In this document: positions 1 to 13,684 of the stretch, piece by piece
Layout of the letters: each line of letters starts with the position of its first letter
Numbering within the stretch: position 1 is the first letter of the stretch
Assembly: GCF_036321535.1 (NCBI RefSeq)
Contig: NC_087447.1
Coordinates: 38,628,001 to 38,692,000, forward strand
Direction: 5' to 3'
Length of the DNA: 64,000 bases
From: Camelus dromedarius
Lineage: Eukaryota
Made by a program: the position numbers and the translations under genes
Notes under the pieces: model-generated
Databases searched by the model: none
The model's input: the letters and a program-made list of their open reading frames with translations, nothing else
What the model was told of the DNA's origin: nothing

Positions 1-1830
1 TCAGTTTCAAGTCCATTTAAATGCCAATAAAATAGTCTGAAGCAAAGGTTTCAGGAATAGCATTCATAATCATCATAAGAAACTCAAGGAAGAATGATTA
101 AAAAAAGAAGAGTGATTTTGAACTACTAAGAATGTCTGGCAATATGAAAGAAGACATATGAATTAAGAACCTGGGTGCGGGTGAGGTGGGGTTAGAGGCT
201 ATGGAATCAGTAAACCATGAAATGAAAGATAAACAAAACAGGATTTAGAGAATAGTTGCAATCTATTTTTGAAATGTGGAAGAAAGACATTATACCTATT
301 TCAGAAGCGTTCATTATTAGGGGAGGGGTGAGAAGAAGTCAACAATGATAATATAGATAAAATGTGGAATTGGATGCTATTGGAAACTAAACAGAGACAG
401 TGAACTAGGGGGAAATACGTAAAGCAAGAAAGAAATATGAAAAGATGAAGATGAACCTAGAGAATGGAGCACTCTGGGAGAGACAGGACTTGCCAAAGAA
501 AGAGAAGGAATAAAGAGAAATAAACTGAGCACATGCCTACACACAGTGGATGCTCTGAATAGATTTGTGGGATGAATAAGCAAACAACAATGAACCAAAA
601 AATCAAAGATTAAAAAAAAAGATCCATTAGAAGAAAAATGTCACCACAAATAAAATAGTTGAAGGTATAAATAAGCCCTATTTAAGATACCATCTACATC
701 TAAAAAATGAGATCATCATGCATAATCAAATATCTTATTTTATTTTATCTACAAGAGAAAAAGAGAAGATTTCATGTAAAGGTATAGAACTCCTAAGCAA
801 ATAAGGACTACGTTTTCTGTCACTGTAATGGAAAATCATGTACAAACCAAAAGCAGAGTTACAAGGTGTATAATTTAGGTTTTAATTCGAGCAAGCTGTT
901 ATCCAAATACAAAAACTTTCACAAATTTTTTCGTTTTAAGTAACTTAATCCCAGAAAATAAATTTAATCATCCACTAATGAGCAACTTTTGGCATCAAAG
1001 GTTACTTCAAAAAGAAACCTGATCTCTTAAGATAGACCTGAAAAAAATGACGCTGTTAAAATAGTAAGAAATCCTAAATCAGTGAGTATCTATTGAAGAG
1101 ATAAGTACAGAAGAACAATAATTGGGAAGAATTATTTGTGATATGAGTTGGGGATTAGGAGAACGGTTACAATAAAAAGCAAATTAAAATAAATTGAGTA
1201 GTAATTCAAATCAATGGAGAATGAATGTGAGAAGAGCTGAGAAAAATAAAAAACAGAAAAGGTTTCCCATAAAAGTTAATCAAAAGATAATATTCTAATA
1301 AGATATAGATGCATTGATAAAGTAGAATATCCTTGATGCTTATTTTATGTTGATAGCTACTTGAATTAAAAAGAAGATTGTTGCCAAAGGGAATGAAAAT
1401 AAACAAAAACAAAACCAAGCAAATGCATTGTCTATATAGCATGAAGAAAATCTAGAAAAAAATTAATTATAGAAATCGAGAGGTAAAAAGTAGAATGGCA
1501 GAACATAAACTGAATAGGACTGAAATAAATGTAAGTTTAAACAATCCTGTGGAAAGTGAAACAAAACAAAACAAAGAAACAAACAACCCCCTCCAAAAAA
1601 AGAAGAAAAGCCCCCACCACAATCACCATCACCACCACAAAACACTTCCACTAGGATTAATGCAATAATTTACTGGGGAACATTTGAAAAGGCTTACAAA
1701 GTCTACAAATAAGAAAAAATAAATTTAAAAAATACTAAAAAGATAAATTAATTAAAGTGAAGGAAAAGAAGGTAGGCTATCCAATACAGTTTAATTTAAG
1801 GCAAACATTATTAAAGGAAGCTAATTACAT
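1..1830 (+). mobile_element. Highly decayed old LINE-1-like A-rich sequence
   Basis: Strong A bias on the + strand with weak L1-like phrasing and no intact ORF. Confidence 0.3.
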
Positions 1831-2349
1831 TAGTTATGTAATGACGGAAGTCCTAAGCTTCTGACTAGGGAGGTCTTTTCTTCCTGTTCCTGCTTTGTGT
1901 TGAGTATTGAGATGAATCACTGCCTGGAGAAGACGCCCAGTGAAATGAAAGCAAATGGACGAGTTGATAGCAGTGATGTGATGCTTGGGGCTTTCTTCCC
2001 TGGTCTCATCCCCTTTCCTTCCCTTAAACACATCTGCAGAGATATCACCTAGGATTTGGCCCTTTCCCATCACATACTACCCGGCCTAATGGTTAAGGCC
2101 CTAGAGAAACTTAAGACCGTCTGCTACAGTAACTAGACACCAAAGGGTACAACTAGTAAGAGTGAAAGTAAACTAAGCATGAAGCAGCTTAACTGCAACA
2201 GAGGGACCAAAGCATTTAGCATAAGCACAATACTTACCCTCAAAGACATGGCGAGGGTACTAGTAATATGAAGCAAGAACAAGAAGTCAAGAAAAAGAAC
2301 CAAATGTAAATTGGGTGATAAGCAAATACGTACAGCAGCTGTAGCAACC

Positions 2350-3255
2350 TTGGCAAAGATGCACAACTTGAATCTAATCATGAGGAAATATCAGACGACC
2401 CCAAAGTGAGAGACTCTACAAAATAACTGCCTGGTACTCTTAAAAAACGTCACTGTCACCAAAGTCAAGAAGGACTAAGGTTACAAATGAAGGAGGCTAA
2501 AGAGACATGACAGGTAAATGCAATGTGGACCCTGGATGCAATCCAGACTTTTTATTTTTCATTTGCTACAGAGAAGTGCTGTCCACTATGGTGGCCACCA
2601 GCCACAGGCAGCTGCTGGATAATTGAAATCCAGCTAGTCCAGACTGAGATGTGCTATGACTGTAAAACACACACTGGGTTTTAGGATGGAAAGAAGAATG
2701 TAAAATATCTCAATTGTACATTTTTATATTAACTAGATGTTGAAATGATGCTACTTGGCTATATTGGCTTAATAACATTCATTATTAAGACTAATTTCAC
2801 TCGCTTCTTTTTGCCTTTTTAAAGTAGGTACTAGAACGTTTAAATTACATTTCTGGCTTATTTTTGTGGCTTACATTATATTGATATTGTATGGTACTGC
2901 TATAAAGAACATTAGAAGTACAATTAGTGTACTTTGAACAAGGTATATAGATTTAATAATATATATATATTATTAAAATAATAGTATTTTATCAGTGTTA
3001 ATGATAAATGGACTGTAATTCTGCAAGAGAATGTCCTTATTTTTAGGAAATATATACTGAAGTCCTCAGAGGTAAAGGAGCAGGCATGATGCCTGCTGTT
3101 CATTTGCAAAAGTATAGAAAAACATAAAGTGTATATAAATCTATGAAGAGGGAATGATAAAGCAATTACAGGATCCAGGTGAAAGTATGGAGTTCTGTGT
3201 ACCATTCTCTCAATTTTTTTTTTCCATTTGAAATTATTTCAAAATAAAGGTTACA
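2350..3255 (+). mobile_element. Old L1 3' end (L1MC-like), interrupted by MER33
   Basis: Motifs aatctaatcatgaggaaa, aaaataactgcctggtactctt and gagaatgtccttatttttaggaaatatatactgaag resemble L1MC-type 3' ends. Confidence 0.65.
2574..2899. mobile_element. MER33-like hAT-Charlie non-autonomous DNA transposon
   Basis: 326 bp long, with degenerate TIRs aagtgctgtcca / tgtatggtactg. 8-bp flanks ctacagag (2566-2573) and ctataaag (2900-2907). Internal sequence matches the recalled MER33 consensus. Confidence 0.8.
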
Positions 3256-3399
3256 AAAACCACTCCCACACAGTGGTTAAAACAAGCAACACAGTAGTTG
3301 GGATACAAAGCAGGCTGCTTAGCAGTGAAGAAAGGAGTGATGTAGGGAAGAAAAATGAGGAACTTGCTCTCCCAGGAGGTGGCAGAAAGTATGAAGAGA

Positions 3400-4570
3400 A
3401 CACAAAAAGTAAAACCCAGATATGGAGATGAGTGGAAGTGACAACAGCTGAGTCAATGAAGGCTCTGAAAGAGAAAAAGAGAGGAAATACTTGGAGAAAA
3501 AGAAATCTCTCTGAATTACGGGAAGAGGAAAAGACCTCATATTTAAAGGACTCATAGAAAAATATTTTTCAAAAAGAAAAAAGTCCACACTTGGTCACAT
3601 TAACAGGGAAAATTAAGAAATGAAGAATTTGTTAAAAACATAAAAATATGAAATGCAGCAAGAGTAGGTCACCTAGGCAAATCCCCAAAATCTGACTGGC
3701 ATCGGACTTACCCACTGGATATAAGAATCCATTGTTTCACAGTATGAAAGAACAGGTTTTTGAATCTAGACCTTCTATTTAGCCACATGCTATTTAAATG
3801 TGAGAGAATGATACAAATATTCTCAGGCGTCTCAGACTTTCGGGGATTTGCCTTGTAAAGACCTGCTATGGAAATACTCTTGTAGGAAATACTCAAAATG
3901 AAAAATACTAAAAAGCCGTGGGTGATCAAAATTTTAGTGAAGTTTATGTTTGTGTTAAAAAGCCACGACTAAAGAAAAGAAAAATACCCCTAACAATTCA
4001 GAAATAAAGTTTTGGAAAACAATCAATATGAAGTCTATATTTGGGTAGAAAGATCACAGAGACCAAAGGAATGAGAGCAGGCTAGTGCTCTTGCTTCGTT
4101 CAGGGAAGATATAAATACTAAAATGTTTATGAAATCAATAGAGATAAATAAACATAGGCATGTGTCTTAAATTAAAGGCAACCACTGTAAGAAGAAAAAA
4201 AAAATGAATCAAATAACTTTTAAGCCAGCAGCTGAAGACTTAACTCAGGCAATGGAAAGAAAAAAAAAATAGTTTCAGAAAATATAAAATAAGATGGCAG
4301 AAAAAATTGTAATATGATTGTAATCACAATAAATGTGGGATAAATGGAATGAAACAAAACAAATAAAGCCAGAGGGGCCTTGCATGGACCAATGATGCTC
4401 GCGTGCCATGACGTAACATTTCCCTTGGCACCTGGGGTGGAATAAAATAAAGACTTTCTAAAGTAAACATGTATGAGATTATTAAAAAAAAGAAAAGAAA
4501 CTGTAAATTGCAAAAAAGCAGAAATAATCTTTACATACTCTTATCAAAGCAAAATAAACTTTCAATGAAA
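3400..4570 (+). mobile_element. Decayed old L1 (ORF1 end / ORF2 start region)
   Basis: A-rich with L1-like phrases (ggtcacct..aaaatctgactggcatcggactt; gtaatcacaataaatgt). No ORF. Confidence 0.4.
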
Positions 4571-5789
4571 AAGTGATTCAGCAAGAAACTAAATCAGCAC
4601 ATGGAGACAACCAGAGAGCTTCTCTGTCTCCACCTGGACTCTGGGCTGAACAAATAGTGTCCCCTGAGAATTTATAACCACAGGTTTGGAGTTCAGCATT
4701 GCTCCATTGTTGTGTAGCTTTTGTGTTGCTCTAAAGAGGTCTGATCCTTTGTTACCTGTCTTTCTGAATGCTTTTAGGGTTGCCCCATCCCCATTACTAA
4801 AAATTTCATTTGGTGTTGAGCACTTCTTCATTCATTGTGCTGAGCACATGGTTCTAGTCTGGTCTTCGTACAATGAGTTGGCTCAGTTCTTCCACAATAT
4901 CCTCTGTGCAGGGACTTAGGGTTCATCTTTCCTTGCTCTGATAAGACAGTTGCCACTTATCCATCTGTCTTTCATCTCCCCAGATTCTGGTACTATCTCT
5001 TGGATGGTGTGGACTTCCTCCTTCTGTTCTTGTCTTTGTGGATACATATATGTATCTAGTATTTTTTTATGGGGTTTGAAGAAAGATCAGAGATTGATGT
5101 GTACATTCAACCTGTGTGTATAACTGGAAGACCGTACTATTGATTTTTCCTTCTCCACTCCCAATCTGTGAGTTGTTGCCATCAGACTTCCCAAAGAAAG
5201 AGGGAAGGGAGGAGGTAAAGGGAAAAAAAGCTTTTTAATCCATTTTCTTTTGCCCTTCCTTTCACTGAAATGGTGTATCATGGCACATGTGCTTCGCACC
5301 AAATTCCATTTGCTGGCAACAGATTCTGTTCGTGACTCAGCTGGGAAGCTCTAATGAGCACCATTACTCAGCTTGGAAAGAGACTTCTCAGTGATGGGGA
5401 GAAGAAATGGGATTACTGATTGCTGAATGTTTAATTTTATTTCTGAAGCTAGGTCAAGAGAACGGGCCTTTGGTCCACATGTGGCTCATCACTGTTCTAG
5501 GCAGGGGGCTAAGGAAACCCACACATGGTCTTATTCATAAATGGGAAGAAACTTAGCAAGCTAAATATTATACCACTAACAATTCTTCCCAAATTAGTCT
5601 GAGGATTTAACGCAATCCCACTTAAAATTCTGACAGGATCCTTTACAGAACTTGAAAAAATGATTTCACAATCATGTATAAAAATAGAAAGACAATATTA
5701 AGGAATATCTTAAGAAGAAAGAGTACCTCCATCTCCAAGCCATAAACCTGGCTTGTCAGCTTTATGCTTTTCTCTCTCATTCCTCCACA

Positions 5790-6140
5790 TCTAATCCATG
5801 TCAGAATAGTGCTAAAAGGTATCTCAAAACTATCCATTCTCTCCCTCACTACATCCGCTGCCTGAGTCCAAGATACGGTCATTGCAATATCCTCCAACCC
5901 ATCTTCCTTACACCACCTGCCCCATCCAATGTGCTCCCCACTCAGCAGCCTACCTCTTCAGTAGCTTTTCATTGTTCCTCTCCCTCCACTCTCTTCCTTG
6001 CTCATTTTGTAACTACTTATCATTTATTCATTCAATCAACACTGTTTATTGAGAGGCTTTCAATATGCCAGACAATGAGTCAGGCACCCTCGGGAGGTAA
6101 TGAACAAAGTCAGGCTTGATTCCTGCCAATACCCTAGTGG
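5790..6140. mobile_element. L2 fragments
   Basis: Pyrimidine-rich L2 body, followed by the reverse-complement L2 tail cattcaatcaacactgtttattgag. Confidence 0.5.
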
Positions 6141-6159
6141 CTTTAAAGACAAAGGACAA

Positions 6160-6770
6160 CAAACGTGAAAAAAGATTCAAGTGTGTTAGTAATTAAACCA
6201 ATGCCAATTTAAAATAATAAGATTCATTTTTTATAACCATTAATTGTCCAAATCCAAATGGAAAAAAGTTACGATGGATGCTGAAGAGGCTGGGAAAAAC
6301 AGAGGTATTTATTCATTATTGTTAATGTGGTGAATACAAATGTTTTGGAGACACGTCTGGCAAAAAAGTCTCAAGAATAAAAAAAAAAAAAAGTCCATAT
6401 CCTTTGATCCAGCAGTCTTACTCTTGGGAATTTATTTCAAGGAAATAATTCAAAAGAAAAAGGAAAAATGAAGGAAGACTTTTAAGACCAAAGGTTTTTT
6501 TTTTTTATTGCAATGCTTTCTATATTAGCAAAAGACCTGACATCACCTAAACATTCAATAAAAGAACAGTTAGATAAGTGGTTTAGAGCAAGCTGATGTA
6601 ATAAATTATGAATACAGAAACAAAATCAAATGCAAAATAGTAGGACATAACATGCTCAAATGTGATATAGAAATTCTGTACACAGTTGAATATCTGAAGA
6701 AATGAAAGCAAAGTGGTGGTATCTCATGTGATTAGACTTAAGAATGAATAATTTTTAAAAATTAAGTGAC
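6160..6770 (+). mobile_element. Old L1ME-like 3' fragment
   Basis: ccctttgatccagcagtcttactcttgggaatttat and cctaaacattcaata resemble the L1 ORF2 C-terminus and 3'UTR. Confidence 0.55.
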
Positions 6771-9222
6771 CCAGTGGAAAAGATGGCTGAATTTCTTGGT
6801 AAAACTAATTTTGATTCTGTAGAGTGTATTTCCCAGTGGCCATTTTTATATTCTAGGCAATGTGTTGTCAAATGAAGAAAAAAAAAATTGGCTCCTGGAA
6901 AAAAATGTTCTTTTTGTCAACATGTATTTGTTACGTGGTGTTAAAACCGATGTTTGTATCAAAAAAAATGGGGGGAGTTAAGCAGTTTACACTGTCAAGG
7001 GAGGTTACAGAGCCTCTGTAGGGTGGAAGCACTTGCCAGAAACCCAGAAGCTGTGTTCAGGGCAAGAGAGCAAAGGGACTCAGCCTCTGTTGGGCAACTC
7101 CCAATCGCCTGGCCAAGACTGGGCACATCTCCATCCCCAGGGACATACCTGGGTGGTTAGCATTGCCTGATCACCACATTCCTGTAAAGAGCTGGTGCTC
7201 CTGGACTGTTGCTGAGCACTATAGACATGCAGTACCGAGGACAGACACTGGGGGGCCTGCCCTTCTCCTAATACTGCAGGGTTCTGGAGTCTGGCTCAGT
7301 CTCAGCGAATCCAGACCTCCTCTGTTTGACTTCTAAGTTACTCTGTAGGTGTTCAGAATTTGGTATCAGTTGAGACCACGGTGGTATAGCAGGGCCTTAT
7401 TAAAAGATGCTTTGTGAATGGGATATTTAATTTTATTGCAGAGGAGAGAAGACTGTCGTGTGACAGTCCCCAGAGGAAAGCAAAAGGGAGTCAGAAGATC
7501 TGAGCTTTGATTTTGGTTCTGAACATTCTCTGGCTATGTGATCCGAGAACTTAACTTCTTTGTGCTTCAGTGGTTTTTATTTTTTCCACTTATAAAATTA
7601 GGAGGTAGAACTTGCATGATCCAGCCTTCAAATAGATTTCTAGAAACTACTCAATTAAGAGTGTTTTTAAAAAATTTCACTATTTCCAGGTGGCTAGCAG
7701 GGATTTACGGAACTGCAATTGGAGGGGATGCTAGAGGTCATTTATACCATCCTCCTGCCTTCCTTATCTGATGCCAAGTGCCTCCTGGAGAGAGGGGTGT
7801 CATGGATACAAGGAGTACTCTGTTCTCCAAGAAAGGGAACCCAGAAACAGCATTTGGAACAAACCATTTTGTACAATGATGGAGAAGAGCCACCTGCAGA
7901 TGCAGCCAGCCATAAGGGATGGCTGAAAGCACAAGGTGTTGTCCAGTTCTCCATGTAGAGTACAGGGTGAATTCTCTAGGGCACGTTACCCACAGACAGC
8001 TGAAGGACAGCCCCCTTATGGTCCTATCACAGAGGTTCTCCAGTGTGGTTACAGACCCCTGGGACCCCTTGGCCCTTTCTGGGGGGATCTGTGAGGCAAA
8101 AACTATTTTAACAATACCATTAAGACAAAATTTGCCTCTTACAATGTGTTGACATGAACACTAATGGGGCAAAAGCAATCATGAGTAAAACTGCTGGCAC
8201 CTGGTGCAGGACAAGGCAGTGGCCTTGGACTGTATTAGTAACATATTCCTCACTGCCAGGGACTTGCTGCAAACAACCCCAAAAGTCGGTTTCACTTAAG
8301 AACGTCCTTGATGAAACAATAAACATTTTTTTTATTAATGCTCTACCTTTGAGTACACATCTTTTTATTATTCTACGTGACTAATTGGGAAATGCACATA
8401 AAGCCCTTCTGCTGTATACTGAGTACTGTGACTGCCTTGAATAAAAGCACTTGTATAATTGCTTGAGGTGCAAGCCGGATGCTTTCATTTTCAAAAAACA
8501 TCATTTTTACTTTAAAGAACAAAAGACAAATTATGGTTATTCAGACTCAAGAATTTGGTATATATTTTCTAAAAAATGAAGTGAGCCTGTCACTTCAGGA
8601 AAAACAACTGACAAGACTTGTTGCCAGTGATAAAATCTGAGCTTTCAAGCAAAACTTGGGATCTTGGGAAACTTGTATCCGCTGCTATGAATTTGACAGC
8701 TTTTCAATACTTAAATGCTCTTCTGGTGAGATTGGAAGTGATCTTAACGAATGTGATTTTTGATATTGCATAATGAAATGACTCATCTGCATAACTCCAC
8801 AAGCCAATATTTTCCAAATGACCAATATATGATGTTATAAAATTATTCATTTGTGAAAGATGCATTCAAAGTGCAAGGGAAAGCAATGCATTTTCAGGTA
8901 ATAGAGTACAAGTTCAGTGATATGGTTTCACATTCTACATCGTAATTACCCTTTAAGAAACTACCATTTGTAGAGTTTTGTGTGGCATCAAAGAAGATTA
9001 TCTGTAATTATTGCAAAAGATTATTTCAACATTCTTCCCTTTTTCAATATGAAGCAGGACCTTAAGTTGCTCTTTAATCAATCAAAAATACATATGGGTC
9101 AAATTTCTTAAGATGAGGACTGAATGAAGTGTCTCAGGGTGTGTGGTTGGTAATAAAGCTGAGAGCTTAATGAAAAAAAATACATACATAAAAATACATT
9201 TCTTCATATACTTAAACCAAAA

Positions 9223-9403
9223 AAAGAAAAAATACAGCCACCTCTCCCTCTCTTTCTGTTCAGAGACAGCCCACATTCTGTCTATGGAGTGTGTACCTAC
9301 TTTTACTCTGAGCACCCAAAACCCACACCTTGTGGCCTTTCTCTTGCGTTTCAATGTATCTCTCCAAATAAATCTACCTTTACTCAAAAAAAAAAAAAAA
9401 AAA
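9223..9403 (+). mobile_element. Polyadenylated LTR-like retroposed fragment
   Basis: AATAAA at 9367-9372 and an A21 run at 9386-9406. Flanking aaaccaaaa duplication at 9214-9222 and 9404-9412, preceded by TT. Confidence 0.65.
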
Positions 9404-9497
9404 AAACCAAAACCACAACAGGTTAAATGCAGAGGAAAACATGAGGATCCAAGTGTCTTCAATTAAACCAGGAATTTAAAGAGATTTTCAAAAATGT

Positions 9498-10495
9498 GCA
9501 AATGATGTAACAAAGGTTTAATTTCCAGAATATATAAACAGCTCATACAATTTAGTAACAAAAAAACAAACAACCCAATCTAAAAATGGGCAGAAGACCT
9601 AAACAAGCACGTCTCCAGTGAAGACATACAAATGGCCAGTAGGCACATGAAAAAATGCAGTATCTCTAATTATCAGAGAAATGCAAATCAAAACTACAAT
9701 GAGGTTATCACCTCATACCAGTCAGAATGGTCATCATTAAAAGACCACGAACGATAAATGCTGGAGAGAGTGTGGAGAAAAGGGAACCCTCCTACACTGC
9801 TAGTGGGAATGTAGTTTGGTGCAGCCATTATAGAAAACAGTATGGATATTCCTCAAAAAACTAAAAATAGATTTACCGTATGATCCACTCCTGGGGCTAT
9901 ATCCAGAGGGAACTCTAATTCAAAAAGATATATACACCCCAATGTTTATAGCAGCTAAACTATATATACAATAGCCAAGACATGGTAGCAACCTAAATGT
10001 CCATCGACAGATGACTGGATAAAGAAGTTGTGGTATATTTATACAACAGAATACTACTCAGCCATAAACAAGCATAAAATGCCATTTGCAGCAACATGGA
10101 TGGACCTGGAGATCATCATTCTAAGTGAAGTAAGCCAGAAAGAGAAAGAAAAATACCATATGAGATCACTCATATGTGGAATCTAAAAAGAAAAGGAGGA
10201 TACTAATGAACTCATCTACAAAACAGAAACAGACTCAGACATAGTAAACAATCTTATGGCTACCAGGGGAAAGGGGGTGGGAAGGGATAAATCTGGGAGT
10301 TTGTTAGCCACTAAATATAAAAATAGATTAAAAAAAATTTCTTCTGTATAGCACAGGGAACTATATTCAGTATCTTGTAATAACTTTCAATGAAAAAGAA
10401 TATGAAAATAAATATATGTATGTATATGCATGACTGGGACATTGTGCTGTACACCAGAAATCAACACATTGTAACCAACTATACTTCAATAAAAA
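9498..10495 (+). mobile_element. Young 5'-truncated L1 (ORF2 C-terminus + 3'UTR + A tail)
   Basis: Typical L1 text (aacaacccaatctaaaaatgggcagaagacctaaac...). TSD aaagagattt(t/g)caaaaatgt at 9478-9497 and 10496-10515, with a TT|AAA site. Confidence 0.93.
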
Positions 10496-10705
10496 AAAGA
10501 GATTTGCAAAAATGTAAACCAGTGATGCCCTTTTCACTAAATTTCTTTTGTTTTGGATAGTATAGTTGTTTCCATAAAATATGTTAACATATAATGAGTT
10601 AATTATTGCTAATTCACTATGCATTACTTTTTAAAATTAATTAATATGTAATATTTTAAAATTTGTTTTAATTTTTTTGACTTACTTATCTGGAGTTAAC
10701 AGTTA

Positions 10706-10936
10706 TATTTTGTTTTTTTAATTTTAATCCTTATTTTTAATTGAAGTTTAGTTGATTTACAATGTTAGTTTCAGGTGTAAAGCAAAGCGATTCAGTTTAT
10801 ACATTCACATACACGAATTTTTTCAGATTCTTTTCCATTACAGCTCATTACAAGAAACTGAATATAGTTCCCTGTGCTGTATAGTAGGTCTTTGTTGTTT
10901 GTCTGTTTTGTTTATAGTCATGTGTATCTGTTAATT
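10706..10936 (-). mobile_element. Short L1 3' end
   Basis: Reverse complement of the L1 3'UTR (ttgaagtttagttgatttacaatg...aatatagttccctgtgc). Confidence 0.88.
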
Positions 10937-12467
10937 TAGCGACACAACCCACATAAACAATAGTATGTTGGAGTTCTCAATGGTTTGAAAAAGGGGTCCT
11001 GAAATGAAAAAGCCTGAGAATGGCTGGTCTGAGATCCTTGTGGAGAAAGTGGATAATAAGAGGAGGACTCGGCATTTATCAGTTTGCACTATTGTTGGGA
11101 AGCGTCATGACTTAATTGGGCTTAGCGGCCAGGGTTGTTTATTAAGATAGAATCATCCCTGGAGTGGCAAAATGAAAGTCCTCTATTACGTAAGATTGGC
11201 AGAAACCACATTTGTGAACACAGAAGTCTCAAGGTTCTGATTAGATCTTGCAGGGCACCTCTCTGTGCCCTTCCAATTGGCTCCACTGCCCCTGGTGTCC
11301 AAGTCAATCCTGTTCCCTCCAGGGAAGGTCTGGTCCACTCCCTGCTCAGGACTGGCCACCATGACTAATATGGTGCCTCTCAGATCATGGCGAGTGCCAC
11401 TCTGAGTCTGACAGTCAGTACCCAGTACTTGGGAAGGCCCTGGGCACTTGCAGGAACTAAGAATGAAAGATGAGCAGATTGTGGCTTTTGTCCTGGAGGA
11501 ATTCTCAGTCTGGGGGAGAATAAAGGCTCTTGAAGAAATAATTACAGTACAATGTGATGAATGCTCTTCTGTACATAGGGACCAAGTTTTTTCCAACCCA
11601 AAATTAGGACACACTCTGACATCCAACAATGAAACAATCCTGGGGGATCTGGAACACATGTCTGCTGTATGTACGAAGAAACTTCCAACAACTCTACAGA
11701 AATTCTGTGTAGATTTGTACTTGATTTGGCCCAAAGACCCAGAAACAATGGTCTGTACCTTTTTTTCCCCCTTAAATTCTGGGAAATAATAGTGTCAGAA
11801 TAGAAAAGGCAAGAAGTGTCTTAGGATTACAAAAGATGAGTAATGAGCCCCTAACGTTTTATTTCCTCTGAGTTAGTGGATGGGAGGCACTGGAGGAAAT
11901 TTTTTCCGTCATACTTGTTCCAAGTGGTTTTCTTTTCCCCCAAGGCGAGGAGTCCAAGTTCGTTCACACAGGTCTCCCACACCAGCTGAAGCGGATCAAG
12001 CTGAATCCCAGAGTCAGAAGAATGAACTAGTAAGAGGCTTCTAAGATGTCAAGCCTTGATTACATGTGGGCAAAATTAAACAATAGGGCTCTTGATCTGC
12101 CAAGAAATGTTGGGAGCCCCCTCTGGGTGGGCTGTTTGTGGACCACAGAGGTTCTGGTCTGGACTAGGTCTTCTTAAGTCCCCAACTATGTGCCCTTTGT
12201 GGCCCCCCTTCCTTTGGGGCTGACCCAAATCCCCCTTTTTAATCTCTTTCTCCCAGCCTCCCTGTTCTTTCTCAGCTGTGGAACTCCAAAGTGAACTGAA
12301 CAAGAACAAAACACACAATGAACAGAAAGAAAGCATGCTCAATGCCACACACAGACATCCCACCACCCACAGTTAGAGAGAGTGGGTGACACTGGGTCTC
12401 AAAGGCAATCCAAAGGAAAGGCAGGACAAGGAGCCTGACAAACCCCTCCTGCATCTTGGACTCACTA

Positions 12468-12804
12468 CCATTGGCACTCTGCTTCTGAGCACTCAGCACC
12501 TACAGATTCAACCAACCACAGATCACAAATATTTGGGAAAAAAAATCCCAGAAAGTTCCAAAACGCAAAACTTGAATTTGCCACGCTCCTAATAACTACT
12601 GACCTAGCATTTACATTGTGTTTACAACTATTGACATTGTATTAGGTACTATAAGTAACCTAGAGATTATTTAAAGTATACATAAGGATATGGGTGTGTT
12701 TTATGCAAGTACTATGCCATGTTATATAAGGGATTGAGCATCCATGGATATGGTATTCCCAGGAGTCCTGGAATCAACCCCCCTCGAATACTGAGGAGTA
12801 ACTG
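12468..12804. mobile_element. MER2/MER2B-like TcMar-Tigger MITE
   Basis: TA at both flanks (12466-67 and 12805-06). Contains gattcaaccaaccacagat and ttaggtactataagtaacctagagattatttaaagtatac. Confidence 0.8.
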
Positions 12805-13684
12805 TACTTATGTTGGACTGGGGCAAACCATGACGTCTCTGTGATTTTCAGTGAGCTCATCCACAAAAGTAGGTTGTTTTGAGGAGTCAATGTCACATAC
12901 GTAAAATTGCTTGCCACATAGTAAGTTCACTATTCACAGTTATAATTTGCATATCATTCATGTGATTATTTAATTAGTGTGTCTCCCCATTAATTGGAGT
13001 TGCAAGAGAACATGGGTTGTGTCTTTTTTGATTTATTATTATTATATCTCTAGAGTTTAGCACAGTATCTGACACATATTAGGCATTTGTTGAGACAATT
13101 GTTTGATAAAAGAGAGTTGATGGGTCCTGATTGGGGATCTACTCTAAAACAGCAAGTTTGGGGTCACCTGACAACTGTCATGGGTTGATACTGGCTGTCT
13201 GGAGCATGGTGTCATGAGGATTCTAAGGTGGTATCTGGAACCAGCAGGGAAAGGGAGTGCTGATATGTTATCAATGCCTGCTAGGATACTGGTTGAGGAT
13301 ATTGAGTATTTGTTGACCTTGGTCTGTAGAGTCAAGAGCAGGTCCCTTTTGCCAGTTCTTTCAGCACAAATAGGCCTGTTGTATAACTCATGGATAGAGC
13401 CACATCAGTAGGACTGAGGTTACCAAATATGTGACCTGGAGATAAGCAGTTTGACCTCACGAATATTTTGTTTTAAACCACAGACAAGAAAACACTCAGA
13501 ACAATGCTATGCAAAGAAGCTGAAAGCATACCACCATTGCATCTGCCTGTCTCGATGACTTCACTTTCTTGGAACGTATGTCTCATGAATTCATTGGGAC
13601 GAGCTAGCAGCAAGTGTATCTCTCAATCAAACAGAACTTTGTAACATGCTTTCCCCCAACCCATAAAGTAGCCATTCTACTCAC

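Larger units (their letters stand above)
8030..11026. mobile_element. Charlie1a-like hAT DNA transposon, split by three younger insertions
   Basis: Termini cagaggttctc and tgagaatggctg form an imperfect TIR. Internal text (tttcacttaagaacgtccttgatgaa; aagtgagcctgtcacttcaggaaaacaactgaca) matches the recalled Charlie1 consensus. Confidence 0.8.

Noticed and set aside
4589..5060. 80-aa minus-strand ORF with faint L1/HAL1 ORF1 resemblance
   Set aside because: The similarity is too weak to support by eye and needs an HMM search.
11186..11734. Longest ORF (182 aa, minus strand)
   Set aside because: No recognisable domain and no true ATG start. It overlaps L2-like sequence, and the length is within chance expectation.
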